Shown here: one piece after another, positions 38,051 through 48,309 of the stretch
Numbering within the stretch: position 1 is the stretch's first letter
How the letters are laid out: each line of letters begins with the position of its first letter
DNA from: Mantamonas sphyraenae STR306
Lineage: Eukaryota > Protista > CRuMs
Reading direction: 5' to 3'
NCBI GenBank assembly: GCA_026936335.1
Contig: JAPMXV010000045.1
Location: 372,001-436,000 of the forward strand
DNA: 64,000 nt
Translations under genes and position numbers: made by a program
Notes under the pieces: model-generated
Database searches by the model: none
Seen by the model: the letters and a program-made list of their open reading frames with translations, nothing else
Told to the model about the DNA's origin: nothing

Positions 38051-41000
38051 TCATGCCCTCGTGGGAAGCACGTTGCGCTTTCGCACAGCCATCCACTTGC
38101 GCACCTCGTCAAGCCAGAACACACTACTGCTCACCAAGGTGATCCAGCACAGGTCACCCAGTGTCAAGGGCACTGTGTCAAACACGTACTGGAGGAAGGG
38201 CACGTAGATAACGAGCAACTGCATGACCACAGAGCCCACCGTGGCCCACAGGAAGAACACGTTGCTCGTCATGCTCAATTGGAATGCGCTGCGCTCCTCG
38301 CTTCGGCAGTTCAGCGCGTTGAACATTTGGAACATGACAAACGTGGTGAAGGCCACCGTCATGGCTCGCTTGTTGCTGAGATCGCCGTCTTCCGCCGCGT
38401 ACGAGTTGAGCTCGGAAAAGAACAGGGCCAAGGTGCCCACCAGCATGGCAACCGAAGACAGGGCCACGTTTCGCACCATGTTGCGGTCGATTACAGGCGA
38501 GTTTGGGTCCCGCGGCGGTCGGCGCATCACACTTTGGTCCAGCGGCTCCAGTCCAAGCGACTGTGCCGGCGGCCCGTCCATGATGATGTTCACCCACAGG
38601 ATCTGCGTCGGATTGAAAGGAATGGGCATGCCAAACACGGTGGCCAGCGTCACAATCGTCATGGCGGCGATGCTGGTGGTCAGCTGGAACCGCAGGAAAT
38701 TCTTGATGTTGCTAAAGATGCTCTTGCCCTCTTCGATGGCTGCAATGATGGTGGCAAAGTTGTCGTCCACCAGAATCATCTCGGAGGCTTCTTTGGCAAC
38801 GTCCGACCCAGCCATTCCCATGCAGATGCCAATATCGGCCATCTTCAGCGCGGGTGCGTCGTTCACGCCATCTCCAGTCATGGCTACGACGTGCCCCAGC
38901 TCCTTGTACATCTCCACAATCTTCATCTTGTGTTGCGGCGACACCCGGTAGAACACACTGGTGGTGTTGACGCGCATCTTGAGTTCCTGTCCGCTCAACT
39001 TTTCCAACTCGGGCCCACTCAAGCATGCATCGTGACGCTGCACAGGCAGGTTCAGGCTGCTTGCCACTGCCATGGCTGTCTCTTTGGCATCTCCTGTGAT
39101 CATTGCCACCTTGACACCGCTCAAGCGAGCAATGTCGATGGCCTCGCGCACCCCTTCTTTCGGCGGATCCATGATGCCTGCCAAACCCACAAAGGTCAGA
39201 GAGTTGAGCGAGCTGCCGTACGCCATGGCCACCACACGCAATGCAGCGTCGCCCATCTGCTTGGCCACCGTCAGCACCTGCTCCACTCGCTCCTTGGTCA
39301 TGCGCTGCTTGTGAGTCGTCGAGCTAAACGCACCCTCCTGCGTGTTGTCCGACTCGCAGTAAAAGTTGCACTTTTCCAACACCTTTTCCGTGGCACCTTT
39401 CACATAGTACAGCCGCTCGTTTTGTCCCGTGTCGCCCTTGTTTGCGTACAGATTGTCCACGCCGTGGCTGCTACTTCCTCCCGCCCCGGCACCTGTCCCT
39501 GTGCTCTCGCAGCGCACAGCCATCCACTTTTGGATGGAATCAAAGGGGATCTCTTCGATGCGAGGGTGCGAGTCGCGCAGATCGGGAAGGCCAGCCTTGC
39601 GAGCCACGCACACGAGGGCGCCTTCCGTTGGCAGACCCACAAGCGAGTTGTTGCCTTCATTGGTCGGCTCGGCGGACAACTGGGCGTTGTTGCACAGCAG
39701 ACCGATGCGCAACAGCGTCGACAAGTGTGCGTCCTCCTTCGGATACACACTCTTGCCGTTGAGTTGGAACTCGCCCTGGTGCCACTCGTACCCGACACCA
39801 GTGACGTCGTACACATGCGACGTGTACAGCTTGGTCACAGTCATGGCGTTTTGCGTCAGGGTGCCCGTCTTGTCGGAGCAGATGATGGTTGTTGAACCAA
39901 GCGCCTCCACAGCAGGGAGCTTGCGCACAATGGCACGTCGTTTGGCCATGCGGGTAACACCCAGCGCAAGCGTCACCGTAACGACAATAGGAAGACCCTC
40001 AGGAATGGCAGCGACAGCGAGCGACACGCCGACAATAAACATGTCAAAAGCGCTCTTGCCCTGCAGTGAGCCGAGCACAAAGATGACGGCCACAATGGCA
40101 AAGGCAAACATGGACAGCTGCCTTCCCAGCTCCTCCATTTTGCGCTGGAGCGGTGTCTTGCGCTCGTCCATGTTCTTGAGCATGTCCGAGATTTGGCCGA
40201 GCTGTGTGCGTCCTCCAATGGCCACCACCACGCCGAGGCCCCGGCCAGAGATGACGGCGGAGCCCATGTAGGCCATGTTTGTGTGTTCATGGATGGAGCC
40301 CGTGGACAGGTCGCCGTAGTGAGGTGCAGAGGCGGACGAAGCATCCCGTGCTGGGTCCCCTGCGGCAAGTCCGTTGGCGGACGCCGCAGACGAAGAGGAT
40401 GCAGAGGACGACGAGTTGCCTTGCATGAGTTGGACGCTGTACAGCGAGTGGCTGACCTTGGACACGGGTGTGGACTCGCCGGTGAGGAGCGACTCGTCAA
40501 TGTGCAGCTGGACGGCTTCCACGAGACGGACGTCTGCAGGGACGTGGTCTCCGACGTTGAGGACGACCATGTCACCACACACGACGTTTTCGCTTGTGAT
40601 TTCCACCATGCGGCCCTCGCGGATGACCTTGCAGGTGTGCGGAGCAAGCTTTTTCAGCGCCTCGACACTGCGTTCGCTGCTGTACTCCTGGTAGAAGCCG
40701 ACAATGTTGACCAGCAGCACGGCGACAAGGATGCCAATGGCGTCGGCGACCTGGCCAATGAAGATGGAAATGGCCGCCGAGGCCAGCAGCAGCAGAATGA
40801 GGGGTTCTTTGAAGGTCTCCAAAAACTGGAGCCAGATGGGGTCCTGCTCGTCTTCCTCCATCTCATTCTTGCCAAACTGCTTCTGCCGGAGAGTGACCTG
40901 TGCATGACAGTGTGTCCATGAGGGTGTGAAAGCGTGTGAGCAAATGCGCGCTCACGGCACCGTGTGTGTCGCTGTGTGGGCAGTGCTTTTGCCGCCGAGT

Positions 41001-41357
41001 CCGACTCTCCGGAATGTTTGACGGGACGCGTTGCTGGCCACGGCCCTGGGGTTTCGGAACGCGAGGACGGCAGGGGGGATGGGAAGACGCGGGCAAAGCG
41101 TCCTCATCGCATGCTCTCGGGTCTGGCTTTTTTGTTTGCTCGGATACGCTTGCACACGTGTTGAGAACAAGCCCGTGTGGTGAGCTGGGGCGAATGGGCG
41201 GATGACGTACCTGACTCTCCGAGAGGCCAAATTCGGCCGAGGTGTCTAGCTGGTGCAACAGCTCGTCAGCCTCCATCACAGGTGCATCTGCATACACCGT
41301 GTCGTGGTGCAAGCCCACAGACGCAGCCACAGACGCTCCTCCATCCACTTCGATCAT
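38051..41357 (-). CDS. PMR1: P2A secretory-pathway Ca2+/Mn2+ ATPase (SPCA/PMR1)
   Basis: Exon 1 MIEVDGG...GLSESQ, intron 41210-40898, VTLRQKQFGKNEM; TGES, AAIPEGLP, CSDKTGTLT, KGATE, MITGD, TGDGVNDAPALK, and the SPCA-type QILWVNIIMDGPPAQSLG. Confidence 0.95.
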
Positions 41358-41404
41358 CGCTCGAGTGAGTTTCTTGCGTCCATCTGCGCATGTTGCCAAA
41401 CTCG

Positions 41405-41626
41405 ACCCCACTCGTGCGTGGGAACACAGTGTTCGCGCCGTCGTTGCAGCTCCAAGGCACACCGACGGGCCACAGCAATGCAACCGCTGATGATGGGCGG
41501 CGTTCCGAAAGACGCGCTGCTGCGGACACCTGAACAGGTCTTTGCGACCGACCGTGAACACTGCTGTGCTTTGTTGAAAAACAATAGAAATCCATCCTTT
41601 CGATGGTAGTCGGTCGCAAATCCCTG
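41405..41626 (-). ncRNA. Candidate Fanzor omegaRNA (structured scaffold plus possible 3' guide)
   Basis: 12-bp perfect stem 41541-41552/41609-41620 enclosing two hairpins; second multibranch stem 41470-41481/41514-41525 with G-U pairs on the minus strand; hairpin 41438-41443/41463-41468; 8-bp pseudoknot 41556-41563/41427-41434. Lies just 3' of the Fanzor ORF on the same strand. Confidence 0.6.
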
Positions 41627-41632
41627 CCGTCA

Positions 41633-41660
41633 CCCGCCCGTCGCCCCGCCCGCCTTTATT
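41633..41660 (-). promoter_or_regulatory. AATAAA (41660-41655) followed by GC-box-like GGCGGG repeats between the Fanzor stop and the structured RNA
   Basis: Minus strand reads cagAATAAAggcgggcggggcgacgggcggg, 34 nt after the stop codon. Function is inferred only. Confidence 0.35.
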
Positions 41661-41693
41661 CTGTGTTGTTTTGTGCGATTGTGCGATTCTCTC

Positions 41694-44600
41694 TTACTTC
41701 TTGCGCAGTGCCGCCCGTTGCTTCCGCCACCTCCTCGATGACAGCTTTGTGTGAGTCTTCCTGTCCACGCCCGATATGGCCACCACCAACAGAGTGGCGA
41801 TGGTCACCGCAGCGTCCGTATCTTTGTGCTGCGCCCATCGGCCGCAGCGTGCGCAGTCCCAAAACCGCCGGCTACACCCTCGTCTAGTGTACGACTTGGG
41901 ACTCAGGGTCACCTGGTGTCCACACTCACGGCACAGAGCAGATGTGTACGCCTCGCGTGTGACCACGACAGTGTGGGTGCGGCTAAGGTGCCTCTTCACA
42001 TCCGCCAGAGGCACCCGGGCACTAAACCGTCCATTCCCAAAGGCAATCAGGGACCGCTGTTGCGACAGGCGGTCGATGTCAGAGATGGACGCCGAAATTC
42101 CAGCAAGGTACCGGTTGCGGAGCTTGCGGAGCTCGTAATGATGCGCATCCACGAGGTTCTTGTCTGGTTTTGCAAACTCCTTGCGCTTCGCGTCGTTCAG
42201 GGTCTTCAATGTGGGTGTAGATGATGATGATGATCGTGCGCTAGATCGCAGCGTACGTCGGCAGGATGAGGAGGAGGATGAGGATGAGGAGGATGATGAT
42301 GTGCAGCTCGTGGCTGCAGTGGATGCGCCGCGGGAAAGGGCTTTCTCCCGCTGCCGCAACGAGCTCGTGCGCAACATGTGCCTGTAGGATGGGGTCGGAA
42401 GTGGAAAGTACACACCTGCTTGGACATGAATATCGCCATCCACGATGCTAGCTGTCATCTGCTCGTGGTAGAATACTGCTACCACGGAGCAGTTGTCGAC
42501 GTTTGGGTCGATGCCAATCACGGGCCTCCCTGATGACCACAGTTCGGTACCACTCTGTGTGCGTGCCACCTGCTTGTCCGACTCGTACAACTCGCCTGTG
42601 TGTCGCGGATTGGAATCCCGTTTCACCGGCAGTTGGCAGATCGCTGTGACGATTTCCATAACGGTGCGTTTTCCCTCGCGCGTAGCCACCTCCGGTGCTC
42701 CGGATTCCATGAACCATTCTTCCAGCTTCTCCATCGCCTTGTCTTGGTAGGCTTGGTAGAACAAGCTGACGATGTGTTCCAAGTGGTAGAACGACAGGTT
42801 TGTGCGCGGTCGTTTGTCGTCAGCGTTGCACCCAACACGCACACAGGCCACACGCAACTTCTCGTCAATGTCAGAGGCTGCTACGCAACCAGTGGCACCG
42901 TTCAACTTGCGACGGCGCCCCACGGCCAGAGGATGGGGTGCGTATACGTGCTGAGCCAGCGTCGTCCCGTCATTGCCGCCCACAACCACGCCTTGCCCGC
43001 GTTTCTCTGCTCCTGAGTCTGCTCCCCACAGCCCGGGTAGAAGAAGCAGCGAGATCCCGTTCGCCAGGTGTGGTGCGTGTTCCTCCCACGCATCGACGGA
43101 GTGGACAAAGCCGTGGTGCGAATGCGTGCGCAGCCTCTCCAGCGCTTGCTGCGATGCCTTGCACAGTACACCTGGATTCTCGACAATCAACCTGTTCAAC
43201 ACTGGTGTCAGCTCTCTGGTTGTCTTGCCACTCGGAAGGGCCGTCTTGATCTTTTCGGCTGCCGTCTTGCTCGTCTTGCTCTCCACATCCGTTTTTACAT
43301 CGTCAGCGAGATGCTCAACCATACTCCGTGCTGTTTGGCACAGTTTAAGCTTGAGGTCATAGCCAGAAATGGGCACTGTGCAGCGTGCTGTGGCCTTGGG
43401 TCTGGGGACGATCTGTCGATCGTTTTTTGCTTGCGCTCGTTCGATGTGCAGGAGGTGCGTGTATGAAGCGATTCGACGAAGCTTTTGCTCATCTGTTGTG
43501 GGTTTAACGAGCAGCGGCGATTCGTTGATCACAGGCTCCAGGAGGTTCCGGAGGGGTTGCACTTGAGTTCTCCAACCGACCGCGTCATGTGGCTGTGCAT
43601 CCTCACTGTCCTCGTCGCTGTCCATGAGCTCATCTCCTTCGTCTTCGTCCTCTTTCGTATCCTCGAGCGCGTCCTGGTCATCCTGTTCCTCATCCTGGTC
43701 CTCATCCTGGTCCTCAAGCTTGCTCGAGTTCCTCCATGCTGTGACACTCATGCCCACTGCGTACGCGCACGCCACATCTAGCATTGTCTTGGGCAGCTGT
43801 GTGGCACTGCTGACCATTCGTTTGACACTGCTTCTCCAGTGCCGTGTTGCCAAAGTCCACTCTTGGAAAAGCTCTCTGAAGTGCTGCTTTTGGCTTGCTT
43901 TCCTCGGCTTTGTGGACAGCAGCGATACAATCTCCTCGTATTGTTGTTCTGGATCCAGATCAAGGTACTGTTGGTTCTCCACAGCCAACACTGCGTCGTC
44001 GTACACCTCCTCCCGCTTGCCCTCCACATTGCGATGGGGTGTTGTCAGCGACATGGTCATCTTCTCCAACAACTCCTCCGGCATCCTGGGGTCGGCACAG
44101 CTGCTAATGGAACCCCGGGCCACTGTAGTCGTGGCTCCCGTGAGCTGCATCACACGTTCAACTCCGCCCCGCCCGTGGCCATCATGTACACCGAACAAGT
44201 CGCCCAGAGCATCTTGCTCCCTAGGATGCGTGGCAAACAGCTCCGCCACACGCTTCCCCAGCGTCAAATACTCCTGCGTCTCCTTCTCTTTTGCCCTCTC
44301 AATCTTTTCCGCATCGTCGTCGTTGGTACCGCTGTCGCTGACGTAGCATACGTCCTTTCCGCACAGCATCTGAGCCAGTTTACCCTTCAGACACTTTTTC
44401 TTCGCTAGCTTGGTCAGCATCACGTCGCAAATGGCGTCCGGGTTTTCTTGGTCCTCGTCGCCGTCTCCGGAAAGGCCATCTCCGGTCCTTGCCTCCCTCA
44501 GGCTTTCCCTGAGTGCTTCCACACGGTTTTCAAACTCATCCATCGTAAGCGCCTCCGCCTCAGCTTTAGCTTCGTCGACAAGGGTTTTCAGCTCTTCCTG

Positions 44601-47599
44601 CTTCCCCTGGGCGGACTCCAGGATCGCCGCAATCTCCTCAGTGGGTTCCACGGTCCCAGCTTTGACAAAGGCTGCCACGACGTCCGCCATTCGCCCATCC
44701 TTGTGGTCCACGCGAACTGTGTAAGGCCTTCCAACGACAACACCATCGGAGAGTGCAAGGCGGGGGAGATCGGCATTCGATGACTTGGTCACTGGCACTG
44801 GCACAGACAGCCGTGCTTTTGCTTGGAAATCGTCCATAGAGGTCACGTGCGTGTAGTCGGCACTCATTTGACGAACAGTGTGCTTCAGTTGGGCCGTGGT
44901 AGCTCCAAGGGAGGGAGCGAGTCGATCGAGGGCTGCGACAATGATGCCCACCTCTTGCACCATTGCCATGGGCTGTTCTTCCACCATTGCGTCCTTCGTG
45001 TCGCCTTCTGTCTCTTCCACTACCATGGTGTCTTCCTCCTCCTTGGTGTCCTGTGCCTCCCAATCATCCTCGCCGGTACTGGTTGACGCGATGGCTTGGC
45101 TGGCGCCCGCCCCGTGGTTGGAGTACGCCTTGACAAACGCATCGCTGCCCTCTTCAACGTCACCCATCTCCTCCTGGATGTCAATGCCCAGGGTAGCGGC
45201 TACTTGGCGGATCTGATCCAGATACTGGCTCCTGGCTTCCTGCAAAAGCCCCTCCGACGCCTTTCCCCCAGCAGACGCGGTGGCGTCCAATGTGGATCTC
45301 TGTACGTCTTTGTGGATGATATGGTTCACAGCATTTGCAAGTGACCATTTGCCTGCCCCCCGCTCTGCGATTTGGACGGCCTCGACGATGCGTTCGCGGT
45401 GATGACGGAGAAGTGTCACTGGCGCCCTCTGAATGAGTGCATTTGCAGTCCCCCCAAGAAGAGCATACATGTAGAATTGCTCTTTCTTGCTGTTCTCCAA
45501 GCAGCGTACCTTCAGCATTTCTCCCTGGACGGCAGCGTCAAGCTGAACCCTGTGTGCAGCCGCACAATCGATGCCACTGCCAAACAGCACACCCAAATCG
45601 CCTCCAACAACGAGGCCACCCTTGGCGTACTGCAGAGCACAGAGATTGGCGTCGAAGCACGGAATGAAAACAAACGCCCGTTCGCGGCCACTGATGGTGA
45701 TGCGGTCCTCGAGCTGCTGCGCCCCATCGACTTTGGCCAGCTGAGTGTACAGCACGCGCAGACGATCCTTGTACATCAGCTTGTTCGCCTCGTGTGTCAT
45801 CTCGAGTTGCAGCTCGGCCGGTAACACGGCCAGTGCCTTGGCCACCTCTTCGGCTGATGCGGCGGCACCGGAGGCACTGTGGCGCTCTGGAAGCGTGAAA
45901 GCATCGAACGCCTCACACTGTGACTCGGCGCAGAACCGATAGACACAGGGGCGCAGTGCGCGCAGGCGTTCAGCAAATTGGCACCGTGCTGCTGCCTCGT
46001 GTGAGAGCGGCCGCCAGTTCCGCTCTTTGCTCCACTCTTCCGGCGCATCCAACATGGGTACAGGTATGTATGTGGTCGTGTTGGTGGGTACCATGTTGCT
46101 CAGCTCGTTCATGATGTTGATCTGATCACGGTCCGTTCCTTCCAACAAAGCACCCACCCCTTGGACAAGGACAATGCTGGTGAAATCCCCGACAGCGGCA
46201 GCCACAGGCTCTGGTAGTGGTACATGTGCACCTGGGAGGCTGTACGGCAGTGGCCGTTTGATGGTTGCAGAGCCGTCCGCAGATTCCCGCCCCTCGACAC
46301 CCGGACAGTGGGCGACGACATGGAAGCATGGGCACGAGGCCTCTGGGCCGCCAACGTCGTGGCATGAATAGGAGATGCCAAAGTGCACAGCAACCTTGGA
46401 GCAAACATCCTCCCTGTCAAGTGCTGGGCCGTACAGGAAGTTGCAGCCACAGGCCAAGCTGGGGCTGCAGGCTTGAATGACGAGTGGATACCGGGCCATT
46501 GCGTATACGCAGTCGTCGTAGATGATGATAGCATGGAGAAGTTGGCTCAACGCGAGCCAGCACAGTTTGGTTGCTTCTGCCACGTCGTCCATTTCGAGTA
46601 GCAGCGGCAGCGCGTGGCGTAGGAAGTCGTAGCGAGCCTGTTTGCCTCTCCTGAGCAGCGTTGGATTGGCGTGGCACCGCGTGCAGCTCATGTGATGGAG
46701 GAATTGCACTGGTTCCGGGTACCGACGAAGAGCAGCTCGGTATGGCTTTGCCAACCCTGACTGCTCGAATCGCTGCTTGAATCGCAGTCGCATGTACAGT
46801 TCCTGTGCCCCGGGGCTGCGTGTGTCTTGGCAGAACCTCGTGCAGAGTGGACTGATCTCCTCGTGCTCCACGACCACGGCCTCAATTACCCGGCCCGATT
46901 CGGTCTCCTCCCAACTCAACTCCCGCTCCTCCGTTTCCATGTGATCCACCTTTTGCTTGCCCTTGGCTGTTCCTTCTGCAGCAGCTGGTTGGTGAAGAGC
47001 CTGTGTGTGTGCGTGTGGGGGGGGGTCACTATGTTGTTAGTTCCAGGCAGTTTTCCTTCGAGCATTTTCCGTTTGCGACCACCTACACTTTCCGCCAACG
47101 TCACAGTCGACGACGATGCCGTGGAGGATGACGAAGAAGCAAAATCACAAGGATGGGGGCTTGTGGACCGTGCCTTGGTCCTGGTGCCAGTTTCACCCAC
47201 TGTGTCACCCACTACGCGCTGTCGTTTCAAGGCTGGCCGGTCGCCATTTTCCGGATCCCTTTGTTTGCTGCTGCGCCTCCGCTCGTGCCTCCTGGCCTTC
47301 CTGCTCTGTCGCGAGGAGGAGCTACTTGTCGGGTTCAGATGGGGTACTTCGCGCCGTGTGTGGTGTGCGGGTGCAGATGGTGTGCCAGGAGCGTGGTGCG
47401 CGTGTTGGTGGACTGCATCCCGCGTACTTCTTCGGACTACGTGCATCCGTGTATCAGCTTCGTTCTGAGGGCTCTTGGGACTCCTGTGTCCATCGGCCGC
47501 CATCCCAGCGACCAACAACAGAATTAGCCAACGAACCAGCAGCCGTTTCATGTTGGCCACGGTAGCGCAAAGGACACATCCCCATAGATATGCATCCAT
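41694..47599 (-). CDS. Giant Fanzor (eukaryotic TnpB-family RNA-guided nuclease) with a long N-terminal extension; predicted 2 exons
   Basis: C-terminal RuvC-I VIGIDPN (D 42509-42507), IAFGNG (42044-42030), alternative Glu TREAYTS (E 41954-41952), Zn finger CREC...CARC, RuvC-III HKDTDAA (D 41822-41820). A predicted phase-0 intron 47086-47001 links the upstream 227-aa ORF; the start could be 47599, 47551 or 47503. Confidence 0.85.
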
Positions 47600-48309
47600 G
47601 TGTGTTTTGAAGTCTTTGCGTTCATTGCAGGGCTCGTCAATAGAAAGGAGGAGCAGACGTGGCCACCGTGTGGCTCACGGCCACCACCTGCACTCATCAA
47701 CATCAACCCCCCTGGGGAGCCGTGGTCACCATTCATTACACTCTAATGCACAGTAGCATGTGTCAGAGAGCATCGAATGACTGTGCAAGGCTACCTGCTT
47801 CATGGGTTTGCCTTCGGGTAGCAGTGTACAATGTTGAGGCGCATCGCTTCCGGGATGGCTGGACCAGACTTGTACACCCACCGTGCGTGTTGATCTTGAA
47901 CGTTGGGTTCATTGCACTGGGCATGTTGGTTTGGTGACAATTTCTGATCCGTCAGGTTGGCGTCTGGTGCGCCTTGTCCATCACACCTGCTTGTCATCCC
48001 TTCTCGTCCACACAATGCATTGTTCGCAAGGATTCATTGTTACCATTGTGCGGATGACCTTGGGTAGATTCATTCAGTGCACGTGGAAGCCGAGGGGGGT
48101 GGGAACGATTGGCCGTTAGAGCACAGCCATGAGCACACGCCAAACCGGGGTGTGAACATCTCTGTGACCACAAAGGACCCACAGATGAGTGATATCATGT
48201 TTTGGTGAACATTCTATGTGTTTTTGGGCGTTGTTCTCGGTGGTGAGGGCCACGTTCACGCTCAATTGCAACCACCTGAACACCTTCGCCACACACACAT
48301 CCTCACATC

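Larger units (their letters stand above)
41420..48200 (-). mobile_element. Putative Fanzor-carrying insertion (ends not resolved; no transposase, TIR or TSD identified)
   Basis: Sits between two divergent host starts (41357 and 48310) that elsewhere in the window would be 60-220 bp apart; carries a TnpB/Fanzor gene and a candidate omegaRNA. Boundaries are approximate. Confidence 0.5.

Noticed and set aside
44172-44196. LFGVHDGHG in the Fanzor ORF resembles the PP2C motif FGVFDGHG
   Set aside because: No other PP2C motifs (RxxMED, NxGDSR, DGLWD, DN) in the right order nearby; likely chance.
41527-48282. 10-bp direct repeat CACCTGAACA at 41527 and 48273 as a possible target-site duplication
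   Set aside because: The first copy lies inside the predicted RNA scaffold rather than at its edge, and a 10-mer match is weak evidence.
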